In this document: positions 26,523 to 37,190 of the stretch, one piece after another
Layout: each line of letters begins with the position of its first letter
Numbering within the stretch: the stretch's first letter is position 1
Source of the DNA: a virus
Lineage: Duplodnaviria; Caudoviricetes
Length of the DNA: 64,000 nucleotides
Strand: one strand, 5' to 3'
IMG/VR virus record: IMGVR_UViG_3300022893_000001
Coordinates: 8,925 to 72,924 of that record
Notes under the pieces: generated by a model
Databases searched by the model: none
Told to the model about the DNA's origin: nothing
What the model saw: the letters and a program-made list of their open reading frames with translations, nothing else
Program-made: the position numbers and the translations under genes

Positions 26523-29500
26523 GTGAAGAGAACCGTCGAGCTTGAGGCGATCATCGTTCGCCCGAATCTGCTTGTGACCCTGAACGGGTCAACCGATTTC
26601 GTCATCTCTCTGCAGGCGGGTCAACCGATACCCGGCCCGGTTGGTCCCCCCGGTCCCCAAGGCATACCCGGCCCGGTTGGTCCCCAAGGCATACCCGGAA
26701 ACACGGGCCCCAAAGGCGATAAAGGCGATACCGGAAGCACCGGAGCCACGGGCAGTACCGGAGCCACCGGAAGCCAGGGCCCCCCAGGCAATACAGGCCC
26801 CCAAGGCATACCCGGTGTCCCCGGCGAAATTGGTCCGGTTGGTCCCGCTGGCAGCACCGGCAGCACTGGAGCCACGGGCCCCCAAGGCATTCAAGGCATA
26901 CCCGGAGTCCCCGGAACGCAAGGCCCCCAAGGCATCCAAGGCAACCCCGGAGCCAAAGGTGATACCGGCACCGCCGGCACGCCCGGCGCTCCTGGTGCGA
27001 TCTCGATTGTGCAGGATGAAGGCATCGCGGTCCCAGTTCAGAACACGCTGAACTTCGTGGGGGCGGGCGTCACGGTCACCAACGATGCGCCTGGCACTCG
27101 AACTCTCATCACCATCCCCGGCGCAACCGCTGGCGCGAATCAGACGCCCTGGACGAGCGACATAGACGCCGCGAACTTCAACCTCCATAGCGCGGGCGGG
27201 ATTGGCCTGGGCGTAGGAACCTCGGCGCAAGTTAGCGTTGGAATCACTGTCGGCGGCACGTCGATCTTCGACAGCCTCTCGCAACTCAACGGACTCGCGG
27301 CCGGCTGGGCCGGCATCTCTCTGCAAAGCGACGGCGGCAAGGGGCTGACCCTGAGAGTCCAGGGTTCGGCCAGAGCTTTTCCGAATATCGCCGAGCTCGC
27401 GCTCAACAACGTCCCGCTCGTCTTCAGGATGGATAACAACGAGCGGATGAGGCTCATCCCCTCAGGGCTGCTCGGCATCGGCAAAGTCCCGGCCACTTAC
27501 AGGCTGGAGGTGGCTGGAGACGTGGACGTGACCGGAACCTACAGGGTTAACGGTGTCCCCTTCACCTCTGGTCAACCCCAGACGCCTTGGGCGCAGGACA
27601 TCAACGCCGCCACCTTCAAGCTCAACAACTCTGGCGGGATCGGCATAGGCGTGGCCTCGCCCACTCAGGCTCTGCACGTAGCCAAAGCAGACAACAACGA
27701 CGTTATCCTGGTTTCCGGCTCTAGCACCAGCGTGTACATGGCGTTCCAGTCGAACGCCACGTCTGGCCGCATCACGCACTTTAATGGCTCGGCATGGGGG
27801 AATATTCTCCTCGCCCCGTTCGGCGGAAAAGTGGGCATCGGCATCCCCGCTACGATCAACTACCCGCTCGACGTTGTAGGTGATGTCAACATCTCTGCCG
27901 GCAGTGTCTACCGCATCAACGGTGTCCCGCTTAGTACCGGCGTGCCTACTTCCAGGCAAGTGATTGCCGGGACCGGCATGTCTGGCGGCGGCGCACTGAC
28001 TGCGGATGTAACTTTGAATGCGCTGCCCATGATCGCGAGCGGCGCGACGGGGCGCGGCGGTACTGTACCCACGCCAGGAGCGACGGCGGGATCGACTAAG
28101 TTCCTCCGCGAGGACGCAACGTGGGGAGTCCCGGTGGGCGCGGCCCAGACGCCTTGGCTCACCGATATTAACGGCAACGGCAAGATCCTCTACAGTGTCG
28201 CTGCCATAGGCATTCAGGTAGCCAGCCCACAGGTTGCCCTGCAAATAGCCGGTCAAATCTGGTCAACCGCCGACACAGTCATCCTGGAATACGCCGCCCA
28301 TAGTAGCGGGTACGGGCGGGTAGGATGCATGAGCTTCCATCCGTTGACACTCTGGACTAACCAATTGGAGCGGATGCGGATCACCGCCGCAGGCGCTATC
28401 GGCATCGGCAACAGCACTCCATTCTCGAAGTTGAGTTTCGGCAACACGGACCCCACCTCTGCATCCCGTATCGCTTTCTACGAGGCACCGGACGGACTAA
28501 GTTTTCGTGGCATCGGCATGTGCAACCCGACAGGAGCCACCTGGGGGGTGGCTATCTGGGCACACGGCACCCTTGCACCAACGGAAACCAATGCCAGAGT
28601 ATTCGTTCAGGACAACGGCAACGTGGGGATCGGCACGACGGCACCCGCGCACGCGCTCGACATTGTAGGCAACTGCAACATCACCGGCCAGTATCTAGTC
28701 AATGGCGTCCCCATCAGCACTGGTGGCGCGGCCCAAACCCCGTGGACCTCCAACATTGACGGTGGCGGGTTCAGCCTGTCCAATGTCGCGCGGATCTCCA
28801 CCACCAGCACTCTCGCACTCGTCATGGACTCTCCCGCCGCTACCGCCTGCCAGATGTACTTCCAGACCGCAGGCGCAAACAAGTGGGCAGTCGGCAAAGG
28901 CGCAGGCGACAACAGCGACGACTACAACATCTACTCCTTTATCGCTCCCGGCATTATTGTGCGAGTCAAACCGGATGGCAATTTTATTGTTACCGGCCCA
29001 ATGTCGTTCAATACATCCATTATCGGCAACGGTAAGGCCGTCGCAGAGACATCGGATGCCTATCTGCGTCTCAACCAGTCCAACCAGTTCAGCCTCGGTA
29101 TCTGGCTCGGTCCCAGTGCCGTAAAGATGGCTGGCGGGCATTTATACATAGGCACCAACGGCGCCGACACCGGATCTATTGACATTTCCGCCACTGCTTC
29201 GGACACCGTGAACCGAATCACCATAAACGGCAATGCCGGTGGCGGCATCATATGCAGAAACCGCATCACCCTGTCTAGTGATAACGTCACCGGGACATAT
29301 GCGTCAGCCGCCATGGAAGTTCGCCAGACCAATGAGACGCAAGGTGTAGCTGGCGATAACACCTATGCTCCCCGTATTGGCTTTCACTGGACCGGGGCGG
29401 TAGCTTCGCAAATCGGCATGGACGGCAACGGCATAATCCGCACGTTCAACAATCCAGGGACGGGATATGAGCAATTTGCCTGCTCCTACCTGACTGCGTA

Positions 29501-30026
29501 TGGCAACGTCAACGTCACGGGCGGCTACTACGTCAATGGCGTAGCCCTCGCCACGGGCCAAGCCCAGACGCCGTGGGCACAGGCGATAAATGGCAATGGG
29601 CAAACTCTCACCGGAGTGTCCGGTATAGGCATCAACTCCGGCTTGGTCAACTCGCACAAGCTAACCGTCATCCCCGCTGCCAATCCCGGTACTGGTACCG
29701 TCGGGGATTACCCTGTTGTCATTGGGGAGTCCTCAAACAACAGCGTCTACCGCCTATGCTTCGGCTATGGCGTGTACTACTCGGGCGTTTATAGCGGGTC
29801 GATCCAGGTGTATAGTAACAGTGCCCCGGGGTTCCTGTACCTGAACCACATGCCGGGGGCAGCAGCAGGCGTTTGCATAGGAGTCCCCGCCTATACGTCT
29901 CTCACCCAGGCTTGGGTCAAGAACATGACCGTGTGCATGGCCCTCGACGACACCGGTAACAGGCTGTACTTCTATGTGCGTAACAATGGCGCGGTAATGA
30001 AAACCGGTTACGTTACCCTAGTGTAG
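26523..30026 (+). CDS. Collagen-containing fibre protein with five QTPW repeat modules
   Basis: About 41 consecutive Gly-X-Y triplets; repeated GxVGIG and LDVxG..Y.VNGV shaft motifs; QTPW at 27141, 27579, 28146, 28734, 29565. Confidence 0.85.
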   Translation: MKRTVELEAIIVRPNLLVTLNGSTDFVISLQAGQPIPGPVGPPGPQGIPGPVGPQGIPGNTGPKGDKGDTGSTGATGSTGATGSQGPPGNTGPQGIPGVPGEIGPVGPAGSTGSTGATGPQGIQGIPGVPGTQGPQGIQGNPGAKGDTGTAGTPGAPGAISIVQDEGIAVPVQNTLNFVGAGVTVTNDAPGTRTLITIPGATAGANQTPWTSDIDAANFNLHSAGGIGLGVGTSAQVSVGITVGGTSIFDSLSQLNGLAAGWAGISLQSDGGKGLTLRVQGSARAFPNIAELALNNVPLVFRMDNNERMRLIPSGLLGIGKVPATYRLEVAGDVDVTGTYRVNGVPFTSGQPQTPWAQDINAATFKLNNSGGIGIGVASPTQALHVAKADNNDVILVSGSSTSVYMAFQSNATSGRITHFNGSAWGNILLAPFGGKVGIGIPATINYPLDVVGDVNISAGSVYRINGVPLSTGVPTSRQVIAGTGMSGGGALTADVTLNALPMIASGATGRGGTVPTPGATAGSTKFLREDATWGVPVGAAQTPWLTDINGNGKILYSVAAIGIQVASPQVALQIAGQIWSTADTVILEYAAHSSGYGRVGCMSFHPLTLWTNQLERMRITAAGAIGIGNSTPFSKLSFGNTDPTSASRIAFYEAPDGLSFRGIGMCNPTGATWGVAIWAHGTLAPTETNARVFVQDNGNVGIGTTAPAHALDIVGNCNITGQYLVNGVPISTGGAAQTPWTSNIDGGGFSLSNVARISTTSTLALVMDSPAATACQMYFQTAGANKWAVGKGAGDNSDDYNIYSFIAPGIIVRVKPDGNFIVTGPMSFNTSIIGNGKAVAETSDAYLRLNQSNQFSLGIWLGPSAVKMAGGHLYIGTNGADTGSIDISATASDTVNRITINGNAGGGIICRNRITLSSDNVTGTYASAAMEVRQTNETQGVAGDNTYAPRIGFHWTGAVASQIGMDGNGIIRTFNNPGTGYEQFACSYLTAYGNVNVTGGYYVNGVALATGQAQTPWAQAINGNGQTLTGVSGIGINSGLVNSHKLTVIPAANPGTGTVGDYPVVIGESSNNSVYRLCFGYGVYYSGVYSGSIQVYSNSAPGFLYLNHMPGAAAGVCIGVPAYTSLTQAWVKNMTVCMALDDTGNRLYFYVRNNGAVMKTGYVTLV
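26634..27002 (+). repeat. Collagen-like (GXY)n region
   Basis: Uninterrupted G-X-Y triplets in translation. Confidence 0.95.
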
Positions 30027-30047
30027 AATATCCAGGAGATATACCCA

Positions 30048-30335
30048 ATGACTTACAAAGAATCCGCTGAACTTATGAGCGACCAGTCGTTTCAAGGGCG
30101 CATCAAGGTGGCGGTACTCAAGTACGCCGACAGCATCATGATCGAGGCCGGTAGCGTCCCGGCGCATAATACCCGCGAAAAATGGGCAGTGCAAACGATG
30201 CAGAACCCACAGATGGTGGCGATGCAGGTTCAGCCGCCCACGGTGATGGACCCAGCGGTGCAGACGGCCGGGGCGACGGTTACAGATGAGGCTTTGCAGG
30301 GCGCGGTGGAAGGGGTTGTGAATAAACTACTCTAA
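30048..30335 (+). CDS. Hypothetical protein (fibre chaperone candidate)
   Basis: AGGAG SD; follows fibre gene. Confidence 0.65.
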   Translation: MTYKESAELMSDQSFQGRIKVAVLKYADSIMIEAGSVPAHNTREKWAVQTMQNPQMVAMQVQPPTVMDPAVQTAGATVTDEALQGAVEGVVNKLL

Positions 30336-30685
30336 TGCAAAGTCTGACCTTGCCCTTCTATCAACGGGTTTTTCTCTGGAATATTATTGGGAACCATGCC
30401 GCCCCCAACCTCAAGGAGGCCAGCGTGGGGCTGCGCGTCATCGAGAAACTGCGCCTCACCGACGAGGAGCAGTTGGAAAGCGAGTTCGCCGTCAACGGCC
30501 AGCAGTACGGCTGGAAGCTGCCAGACCCAGACTACGGGACCAAGACCGTGGACCTCGAAACCGACGAGGGGAAGTCGCTGGCGGCGGCAATCGAGGCCGC
30601 GCCTACCCGCGTGATGGACGCCGTCTGGTTGCAGCCGATTGTCGATAAACTGACCGTTTCGCCGAACGGCTCCAAGCCCTCGTAG
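30335..30685 (+). CDS. Hypothetical protein (fibre chaperone candidate)
   Basis: TAATG overlap with previous gene; last gene of structural block. Confidence 0.65.
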   Translation: MQSLTLPFYQRVFLWNIIGNHAAPNLKEASVGLRVIEKLRLTDEEQLESEFAVNGQQYGWKLPDPDYGTKTVDLETDEGKSLAAAIEAAPTRVMDAVWLQPIVDKLTVSPNGSKPS

Positions 30686-30688
30686 CTG

Positions 30689-30731
30689 TTGCGCAAAGCC
30701 CCGTTTCACTGTATTCTGGCTTTGCGCAAAA
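30689..30731 (+). promoter_or_regulatory. Sigma70-like promoter TTGCGC-N17-TATTCT inside a 12-bp inverted repeat of TTGCGCAA operator-like sites
   Basis: TTGCGC 30689-94; TATTCT 30712-17; TTGCGCAAAGCC...GGCTTTGCGCAA (30689-30700 / 30718-30729). Confidence 0.6.
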
Positions 30732-30734
30732 GCG

Positions 30735-30953
30735 ATGCAGAAGAACGGTTTCGGCAACTTCCCTGAACGCTCCGAGATCCTCAGAAACCATCCAGGACTC
30801 CTCAGCCGCGTAGCCCGTGGGCTGGGGATGTCCCCGGCGGCGGTATCGAGGACGTTCCACGGGATCACGCGCGAAACCAATCCCACGATTGTCGAAGCCC
30901 TGCAACGGGCCATCGCCGAAGCGCCAGAACTGAAAGGAACAGAGGTGAAGTAA
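30735..30953 (+). CDS. Small HTH transcriptional regulator (Cro-like)
   Basis: LSRVARGLGMSPAAVSRTFHG helix-turn-helix. Confidence 0.75.
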   Translation: MQKNGFGNFPERSEILRNHPGLLSRVARGLGMSPAAVSRTFHGITRETNPTIVEALQRAIAEAPELKGTEVK

Positions 30954-32263
30954 TGGCAGACCAGGAACAAGCCCTCGTCCGGGGCTCAGGCCACGTCACG
31001 CGCACCGTGATGGGAGAAGAGACGGAATACCAGGCGGTCGATATCGCCGGCACGGGCCAGGATGCCTATGCCACGGCGCTCATCCAGTCGCGCTACGTGA
31101 TGGCGGTCAAACGGCCACGCAGCGAGGAACAGTTTCGTAGCGAACTGATGAAGCGCGTATTGGATAAGGATTTCGCCTCAATCTGCGAGTACTCGCGCCC
31201 AGTCGGGAGAGAGAAGAACGCGCAGGGCAAGTGGGTCGAGAAGATTGCCAAGGGCCCGACGATCCACCTGTTGAGGACCGCGCTGCGCCTGTTCAAAAAC
31301 AACTCCTCGGAACCCACGGTCATCACTGAGACTCCGGAGCTCCGAGTCGTTGCCATAACTATATCGGACTACGAATCGAATTTTCACGTTGTTCGCACGT
31401 TCACCTTAGAGAAGCGGATCGAGAAGCGGGCCGTTCAGGACCGCCAGACTGGCGAGTGGGGCCCGCCGCCAGGCCGGCAGATCCTCGGCGAGCGCGTCAA
31501 TACGGACGGCGAACGGGTCTACATCTGCCGCACGACGCTCGATGAGTTGCGGAAAGAAGACTTGCGCCTGACCGCCTTGACCAAGCGCGCCGCCGCCGAA
31601 GAGTTCCTCCCCAAGCACATCATTCTGGCTGCGCTGGCGAAGGCTGTCCAGACCACCCAGGAACATGACACCAAAGATCCGGCCGGCGCGAAGAACCGGC
31701 TGATCGACGCCTTCGCCGGTCTGAATATCATGGCGGTCGATCTTGAGCAGTACATCGGCCATCCGCTCGACCGGCTGTCGACCGACGAGCTCGCGAACCT
31801 CCGGAGCGTTTGGTCCCGCATCTCGAATGAGGAGGCGACCTGGGAAGATTGCCTGGCCGAGCGCAATCCCACCGGCACCAGCGAGGACGCCGAGAAGGTC
31901 AAGCAGGACAAGCTCGCCGCGCTGCGCGGTCAAACCGTAACCCACACAGAAGAAGCGAAGGGTAAAAGCGCACCTGGGGGGCCGAACGAAAAGGCCGTTC
32001 GCCTGAACGCGGAACTCGACGAATCAACCAAAGTTGGAACGGTGAAAACAGTGGACGCCCCCGCTCCGGATAAACAGTTCATCACGTCCGATCAGGCGCA
32101 GGAGTTCGCTCAGGTCATCCACGAGAACCATCTCGACGACGAGCAGATCCAGAAGCTCGTGAAAGCCGGCGGGGCCGATAGGTACGACCGCATGAGGTCC
32201 GATCTCTTCGAAGTCGTCTTGAAGATGGCGAAGGCCACCAAGGGCAAGGACAAGAAGAAATGA
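30953..32263 (+). CDS. Putative recombination / ssDNA-annealing-associated protein
   Basis: 436 aa; V.RPR.E...Y.RP.G...GPTI pattern; coupled to SMC-like ATPase; function by context only. Confidence 0.35.
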   Translation: MADQEQALVRGSGHVTRTVMGEETEYQAVDIAGTGQDAYATALIQSRYVMAVKRPRSEEQFRSELMKRVLDKDFASICEYSRPVGREKNAQGKWVEKIAKGPTIHLLRTALRLFKNNSSEPTVITETPELRVVAITISDYESNFHVVRTFTLEKRIEKRAVQDRQTGEWGPPPGRQILGERVNTDGERVYICRTTLDELRKEDLRLTALTKRAAAEEFLPKHIILAALAKAVQTTQEHDTKDPAGAKNRLIDAFAGLNIMAVDLEQYIGHPLDRLSTDELANLRSVWSRISNEEATWEDCLAERNPTGTSEDAEKVKQDKLAALRGQTVTHTEEAKGKSAPGGPNEKAVRLNAELDESTKVGTVKTVDAPAPDKQFITSDQAQEFAQVIHENHLDDEQIQKLVKAGGADRYDRMRSDLFEVVLKMAKATKGKDKKK

Positions 32264-33600
32264 CTCGCCGGCTGAAGTCTGTTCAAATTAAAAACATCAA
32301 GGGTATCGAATCGCTAACCTTTGATACCAGCGCCGTGACGGTCTTACGAGGCAAGAACGGCGCTGGAAAAACTTCCGTGGTCGACGCGCTCATCAGCGTG
32401 TTTGAGGGGGGCCACGATCCGGGTTTGATTCGTGCGGGGGCCAAAGAGGGATCGGTCCTCCTCACACTCGACGATGGCGTCACCATCCGAAAGGTCATCA
32501 AACCCGAGAGATCTACGCTCGAAGTTCGCACCGCCGATAAAGGGAAAGTCTCGGCGGAAGCCACCTTTGTCAAGAAGCTCACGAGCGGCTTGAGGTTCAA
32601 TCCGGCGGCGTTCATCAGCCTCAGTGGCAAGGAGCGCGCCGCCGAACTGGGGAAGGTGATGCCGATCACCTTCACGGGCCGCGAGGTCAACCAGGCGGCG
32701 AACGAAGCGATCCTCCTCGACAGCGAGGCAATCGATCAGCGGCGGTTCACTGAGATCCGCGACGGGCGGTATGCGACCCGCACCGAGGTAGCGCGCGAGC
32801 AGTCGATGGCCGAAGGGTTCATCGTCGAAACCGAGAAGGCGCTGCCCACGGGCACGCATAGCTCGTGGCAGGGTACGGTGGAGATGCTTCGCGCCCAGGT
32901 GGGCGACGGGAAAGCCGAACTGGAACGGGATCTGGCCGAGGTGGAGCGCAAGGCCAGAGGCGTCGTCAACGAGTTGCGGGGCATCCTGGACTCGCGGCTC
33001 GCCACGATCAAGAAGGACTACGACGAGAAGGTAGCCGCGCTCAACCTGGAATACGACACCGACCAGGCGCGCATCGTCCAGGACACGGCGACTTCGAAGG
33101 AAAGACTCCACGCAGCCTCCAACGATCAACTGGGACAATTGATTAGCCTCCTCGCCAAGGCGGAGCAATCCTTGGCGGATCAGAATCGCGTTGAAGGCCA
33201 GCGCCAGCAGCTTGAAAAGATGCGGGCCACCGCACAGCAACTGCAGAATCGCTGGGTCCATCTCGACGCCGCGGTTAAGGGACTCGACAGACTCAAATCT
33301 GCCAAGCTCGCCACTTTGCCCGTTCCAGGGGTAGAGGTGCGGCTCGACGACAAAAATATGCCCGAAGTTTTTGTCGAAGGAGTCCCCTGGCCGCACGTAA
33401 ACAAATCGATGCAATGCAAAATCGCGATCACCATCGCGGCTCAGGCATTGGGCGATCTCCCCTTGATGGTCTTGGACGAGTCTGAGGTTCTAGACGAAGA
33501 CTCTATGCACATGTTGATCGACGCGGCGAAGTCGATTGGACTGCAGATCATCATGGCGCGCGTGGAATCGGGGGCCGCACTGGAGGCGGTCGAAGCGTGA
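32260..33600 (+). CDS. SMC/Rad50/RecF-like ABC ATPase with coiled coil
   Basis: IKNIKGI; Walker A GKNGAGKT; central coiled coil; Walker B LMVLDE. Confidence 0.85.
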   Translation: MTRRLKSVQIKNIKGIESLTFDTSAVTVLRGKNGAGKTSVVDALISVFEGGHDPGLIRAGAKEGSVLLTLDDGVTIRKVIKPERSTLEVRTADKGKVSAEATFVKKLTSGLRFNPAAFISLSGKERAAELGKVMPITFTGREVNQAANEAILLDSEAIDQRRFTEIRDGRYATRTEVAREQSMAEGFIVETEKALPTGTHSSWQGTVEMLRAQVGDGKAELERDLAEVERKARGVVNELRGILDSRLATIKKDYDEKVAALNLEYDTDQARIVQDTATSKERLHAASNDQLGQLISLLAKAEQSLADQNRVEGQRQQLEKMRATAQQLQNRWVHLDAAVKGLDRLKSAKLATLPVPGVEVRLDDKNMPEVFVEGVPWPHVNKSMQCKIAITIAAQALGDLPLMVLDESEVLDEDSMHMLIDAAKSIGLQIIMARVESGAALEAVEA

Positions 33601-34061
33601 GGGCCCTCACTCTCTACCAGCCGTATGCCTCGCTGATCGCCATCGGAGCCAAGCAGTACGAGACGCGCGCCTGGGCTATCGGGGACTGGCCGGTCCCCAT
33701 CGCCATTCATGCCGGCAAGATCCAGCCCGGCAAGAAAAAGCAAGAGGTGGCCGATCTGTTCTGGGACCGCTATTTCACCGAGGTTCTTCAGGAGGCTGGC
33801 TACCATACCCCGGACGAATTGCCGAGCGGCGCAGTTGTTTGCATCGCCACGGTCGAAGATTGCATTCTCATCACCGACAAGAATCGGCATGACATCCCTA
33901 TGCGTACGCCGGAAGAGTGGTTGTCGTTCGGCGACTTCGCCGAGGGCCGGTACGCCTGGAAACTTTCTAACGTGAGGCGAATCGAGCCGCCGATTGTGGC
34001 TCGCGGTTACCAAAACATTTGGGAATGGGACGCGCCACCGGAGGTTCTGGCGCTCCTCTAG
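33597..34061 (+). CDS. ASCH domain protein
   Basis: ALTLYQPYASLIAIGAKQYETRAW...IAIHAGK...ARGYQNIWEW. Confidence 0.9.
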   Translation: MRALTLYQPYASLIAIGAKQYETRAWAIGDWPVPIAIHAGKIQPGKKKQEVADLFWDRYFTEVLQEAGYHTPDELPSGAVVCIATVEDCILITDKNRHDIPMRTPEEWLSFGDFAEGRYAWKLSNVRRIEPPIVARGYQNIWEWDAPPEVLALL

Positions 34062-34073
34062 GGAGACAACTCG

Positions 34074-34436
34074 ATGGACAGACGACGGTTCGAGGTACTC
34101 GACCGCCTGATACAGGGCGGCTGGACGGACGTGAAGCAAGAGGATATTCCAGACGACGTCATGGAAGCGGCCGAGGAAGGCCGGCCCCTCCCGACACTGG
34201 GCCCGTGCCGGGAGACGCGCTTCAGCATTCCCATCTGGGATCCCCCGGCGATCCCCGGAAAGCGAATCAGACCGCCGGCCAAGAAGGCGGAGCATCCGCG
34301 CATCCTCACCCAGGAACAGCGCGACCGCCGCAACGCCCGTAAGCGGGCCCAGTGGTTTTACAAATACGGGCCGCGCGAGAGGCCCAAGCAACAGGAGAAT
34401 CAGAACGAATGCCGGGATGCACTTTTACGGGCGTGA
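34074..34436 (+). CDS. Hypothetical protein
   Basis: GGGAGA SD; 120 aa; fills gap in + operon. Confidence 0.5.
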   Translation: MDRRRFEVLDRLIQGGWTDVKQEDIPDDVMEAAEEGRPLPTLGPCRETRFSIPIWDPPAIPGKRIRPPAKKAEHPRILTQEQRDRRNARKRAQWFYKYGPRERPKQQENQNECRDALLRA

Positions 34437-34441
34437 GGATT

Positions 34442-34891
34442 ATGGATCTGGGAGAACGTGGAGTCACCAATGGCTTCATGGTTTCCTGCGTGATGGCGGC
34501 TGATCTCACCAGCCGCGTGGCGAAGGAGTTCGGCTGGGACGATCTGATGAACGTCGATGGCTGGGAGAAGGTATCGCTCAAGAGCGCGGTGGGCGAGGGT
34601 TCGGGAACCCTGAAACCGAATACCAAGAACGCCCCGCCGCTGTCCTTCGTATTCGATTCGATCAAAGCCTTCCAGGCGACCGAGTCCGACACCGAGAACG
34701 GCAAGCAGAAACACGAGGTCCGTTTTACGGTACGCTCCTCTCAGAAGGACGCGATGATCCTCCTCGACCACTACTGGCGCACCAACAAGGAGCTCCACTC
34801 CGCGTTCACCGTCAAGTTCCAAGAACTCCTCGATCAGGGCAAGGACGAGAAGCCGGAAGGGACCAGGGCGAGCGCCGGGCTTGAGGAATAG
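34442..34891 (+). CDS. Hypothetical protein
   Basis: GAGGA SD before ATG 34442; typical codon usage. Confidence 0.6.
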   Translation: MDLGERGVTNGFMVSCVMAADLTSRVAKEFGWDDLMNVDGWEKVSLKSAVGEGSGTLKPNTKNAPPLSFVFDSIKAFQATESDTENGKQKHEVRFTVRSSQKDAMILLDHYWRTNKELHSAFTVKFQELLDQGKDEKPEGTRASAGLEE

Positions 34892-35620
34892 ATGACGGCC
34901 CTCGAAGCCTGGAAGGAGAGTCTTCCCGAGGTGGCCGAGGAGCGTCTGCCCAAGGCGCTGAAGCTGGTAGTGCTCGGCGCTCCCAGGACGAAGAAGAATT
35001 CTCCGGTAATAGTCCGTAACATCACCGACGCTTTCCTGAAGGACTTCATCTGGGCGTGGGAGTCGGAGAAGCCTCCCCGCCCGATCCTCAGCGAGGCCGA
35101 GATCTGGGAGTGGCTCAAAAACCGGGACACCGTGCTGCCGCATCCCAGGCTGCTCCCCTCCCAGGCGTACCGCGACTGGCACGCAGCGGCCATCAAAGCG
35201 GTCCTACCTGTCCTCGAACCGCTACGGCGGTTCTTCCCCGTCACATACGCATGTCACTTACTGTGCAAGGTTTATCGAGATGCGGATCGCGGAGACTGGG
35301 CCGGCTACATCCAGGGAATAGGGGACTTTTTAGAGGACGTGGGAATCGTCGAAGACGACGTGCTCCTCCGATCGTTTGATGGCTCCCGGCTCTACAAGGA
35401 TGCGGAGAATCCGCGAGTCGAACTGTGGCTGAGTCCCTGGACGCAGGAAGGGAACATGGGGCTGTTCGAGCGGCCGGCGCGCGAATGGGCCGAGCATGAG
35501 GAGCCCGAACCGGACCCGGTGGACTCCCTCAACGCCGATACGGAGGAGATGATCTCGGCGGATGAAGAACAGCGGGGGGGCTACAGGCCCCTCGTTAGTA
35601 GATATGCCACCAATCGGTGA
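34892..35620 (+). CDS. rusA: RusA-like Holliday junction resolvase
   Basis: G.P.TKKNS...D.RGD....IQGIGDFL..VGIVEDD...D.ENPRVEL. Confidence 0.7.
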   Translation: MTALEAWKESLPEVAEERLPKALKLVVLGAPRTKKNSPVIVRNITDAFLKDFIWAWESEKPPRPILSEAEIWEWLKNRDTVLPHPRLLPSQAYRDWHAAAIKAVLPVLEPLRRFFPVTYACHLLCKVYRDADRGDWAGYIQGIGDFLEDVGIVEDDVLLRSFDGSRLYKDAENPRVELWLSPWTQEGNMGLFERPAREWAEHEEPEPDPVDSLNADTEEMISADEEQRGGYRPLVSRYATNR

Positions 35621-35634
35621 AAGGGCGCATTTAA

Positions 35635-35988
35635 ATGACGAGTATTTTCCTCGAAGACAGTTTCGACGCCGCGCACCGATTGCCGCATGTGCCGCCAGAC
35701 CACAAGTGCGCCAGGTTGCACGGGCATACGTACCGTATCCGCATCGAGGTCACCGGGCCCGTGGGCGAACAGACCGGCTGGATCATGGATTACGCCAAAC
35801 TTCGGACTGTCTGGAGGGAGGTCAAATACTATCTCGATCACCGGGATCTGAACGTGCATTTCGCCAATCCAACCTGCGAGATCATCGCGATCTGGATCGC
35901 CGAGAAACTGAAGGAACTGAAGATTGCCGGCCTCTCCCGGATCGAGCTCCGGGAAACCGAGCACTGCGGTGTAGTCTACGTTCCATGA
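35635..35988 (+). CDS. queD: 6-carboxy-5,6,7,8-tetrahydropterin synthase (QueD)
   Basis: FDAAHRLP..HKCARLHGHTY..DH..LN..NPTCE; canonical CxxxHGH motif. Confidence 0.92.
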   Translation: MTSIFLEDSFDAAHRLPHVPPDHKCARLHGHTYRIRIEVTGPVGEQTGWIMDYAKLRTVWREVKYYLDHRDLNVHFANPTCEIIAIWIAEKLKELKIAGLSRIELRETEHCGVVYVP

Positions 35989-36596
35989 CCTTTCTGCTCG
36001 ACACCTCGGAAGACCTGGCTGTCTGTGCGTCTGATTTGAATGTCGACGTCGCCCAGGTGGGGCAACTCCTGACGCCGCTCAACCGGCTCGCCAATCGCGG
36101 CGGGCTCTTTGCGATAGACAACGGAGCCTACTCCGAGGGTCTGCAACTCAAAGCCTTCGAAACCAGGCTAGAGAAGGAATTGCCAAACCGGAAGCGGTGC
36201 AAGTTCGTCGTCGTCCCGGACGTCGTGGGCTCCCAGCGCCGTACGCTGGAACTCTTCCCGATCTGGCAGGAGCGGCTCATGGGATGGCCCCTGGCGCTCG
36301 CCATCCAGAACGGCGTAGAACACTTCGATCTGCCGTGGGCGGAGATCGAGGCGGTCTTCATCGGCGGAGACAACCAGTTCAAGATCTCCGCGCCGGCCCT
36401 TCATGTGATCCGCACCGCCCAGGCGCTCGGCAAGTGGACCCATGTGGGCAGAGTCAATACGGCGGATCGCTATGAGTGGTGTGTCAAACACGGCGTAGAC
36501 TCCATCGACGGCAGCGGCATCAGCCTGTACTCGCACATGCGCCGGCAGATTATCAGCGACCAACCTTCGCTTCCCCTCGTGGAGGCTTTCACATGA
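35985..36596 (+). CDS. TGT/DpdA-like TIM-barrel protein (putative deazaguanine-DNA insertase)
   Basis: ATGA overlap with queD; IDNGAY, V.PDVVG, IQNG, FIGG, HVGRVN, DSIDGSG motifs. Confidence 0.55.
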   Translation: MTFLLDTSEDLAVCASDLNVDVAQVGQLLTPLNRLANRGGLFAIDNGAYSEGLQLKAFETRLEKELPNRKRCKFVVVPDVVGSQRRTLELFPIWQERLMGWPLALAIQNGVEHFDLPWAEIEAVFIGGDNQFKISAPALHVIRTAQALGKWTHVGRVNTADRYEWCVKHGVDSIDGSGISLYSHMRRQIISDQPSLPLVEAFT

Positions 36597-36853
36597 GGTA
36601 TCCCCTCGACGTTAACCTTGCAGGACTGCTGCAACCAGGCTTTCGCGTGAACATGCACCGCGCCGGGGAAGACCTGGTGGAGATCGAGATCGTCACGTCC
36701 GACATTACCTATCAACTATCCGGCGTCATGCGCCCAGGCTCGGCGGCGCGGGACTTGGACAACCTGGTGCATCTCCTGGTGGAGCAAATCATTGGACATG
36801 AAGACGAGATCAAAGCCAAGCTCAAAGCCAAGGATTCCGCGAGCGCCCAGTGA
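36593..36853 (+). CDS. Hypothetical protein
   Basis: GGAGG SD; ATGA overlap. Confidence 0.6.
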   Translation: MRYPLDVNLAGLLQPGFRVNMHRAGEDLVEIEIVTSDITYQLSGVMRPGSAARDLDNLVHLLVEQIIGHEDEIKAKLKAKDSASAQ

Positions 36854-37190
36854 ACCCGAGGAGCGGTTCGCGCTCACCTGGAAGACGCTCAAGGGCCCGG
36901 CGTTCGAGCGCGAGTACCGCTTCTGCGAGCGGAAGTGGCGCTTCGATTTCGCCTGGCCGGCCGCGAAGGTTGCCGTGGAGATCGAGGGCGGGATTCACGA
37001 TCACGGGCCAAGCCGCGGCTATCACCTTCGCAAGGCCGGCTTCTTGAAAGATGCCACCAAATATAACCGCGCGGCGGTCCTGGGCTGGAGGGTAATGAGA
37101 TTAGCGCCCTCCCAGATCCAGCCTGGGACGCTCATCGAACTGGCCGAAATGATCGAGGAGGTGCTTAGTGGACGACAAAGAGATACTTGA
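36798..37190 (+). CDS. PD-(D/E)xK nuclease, Vsr/DUF559-like
   Basis: EYRF...WRFDFAWP..KVAVEIEGG..KYN.A..LGWRV.R. Confidence 0.75.
   Translation: MKTRSKPSSKPRIPRAPSEPEERFALTWKTLKGPAFEREYRFCERKWRFDFAWPAAKVAVEIEGGIHDHGPSRGYHLRKAGFLKDATKYNRAAVLGWRVMRLAPSQIQPGTLIELAEMIEEVLSGRQRDT

Noticed and set aside
26523-30026. Diversity-generating retroelement or shufflon acting on the fibre
   Set aside because: No reverse transcriptase, no TR/VR pair differing at adenines, and repeats are direct and degenerate rather than inverted
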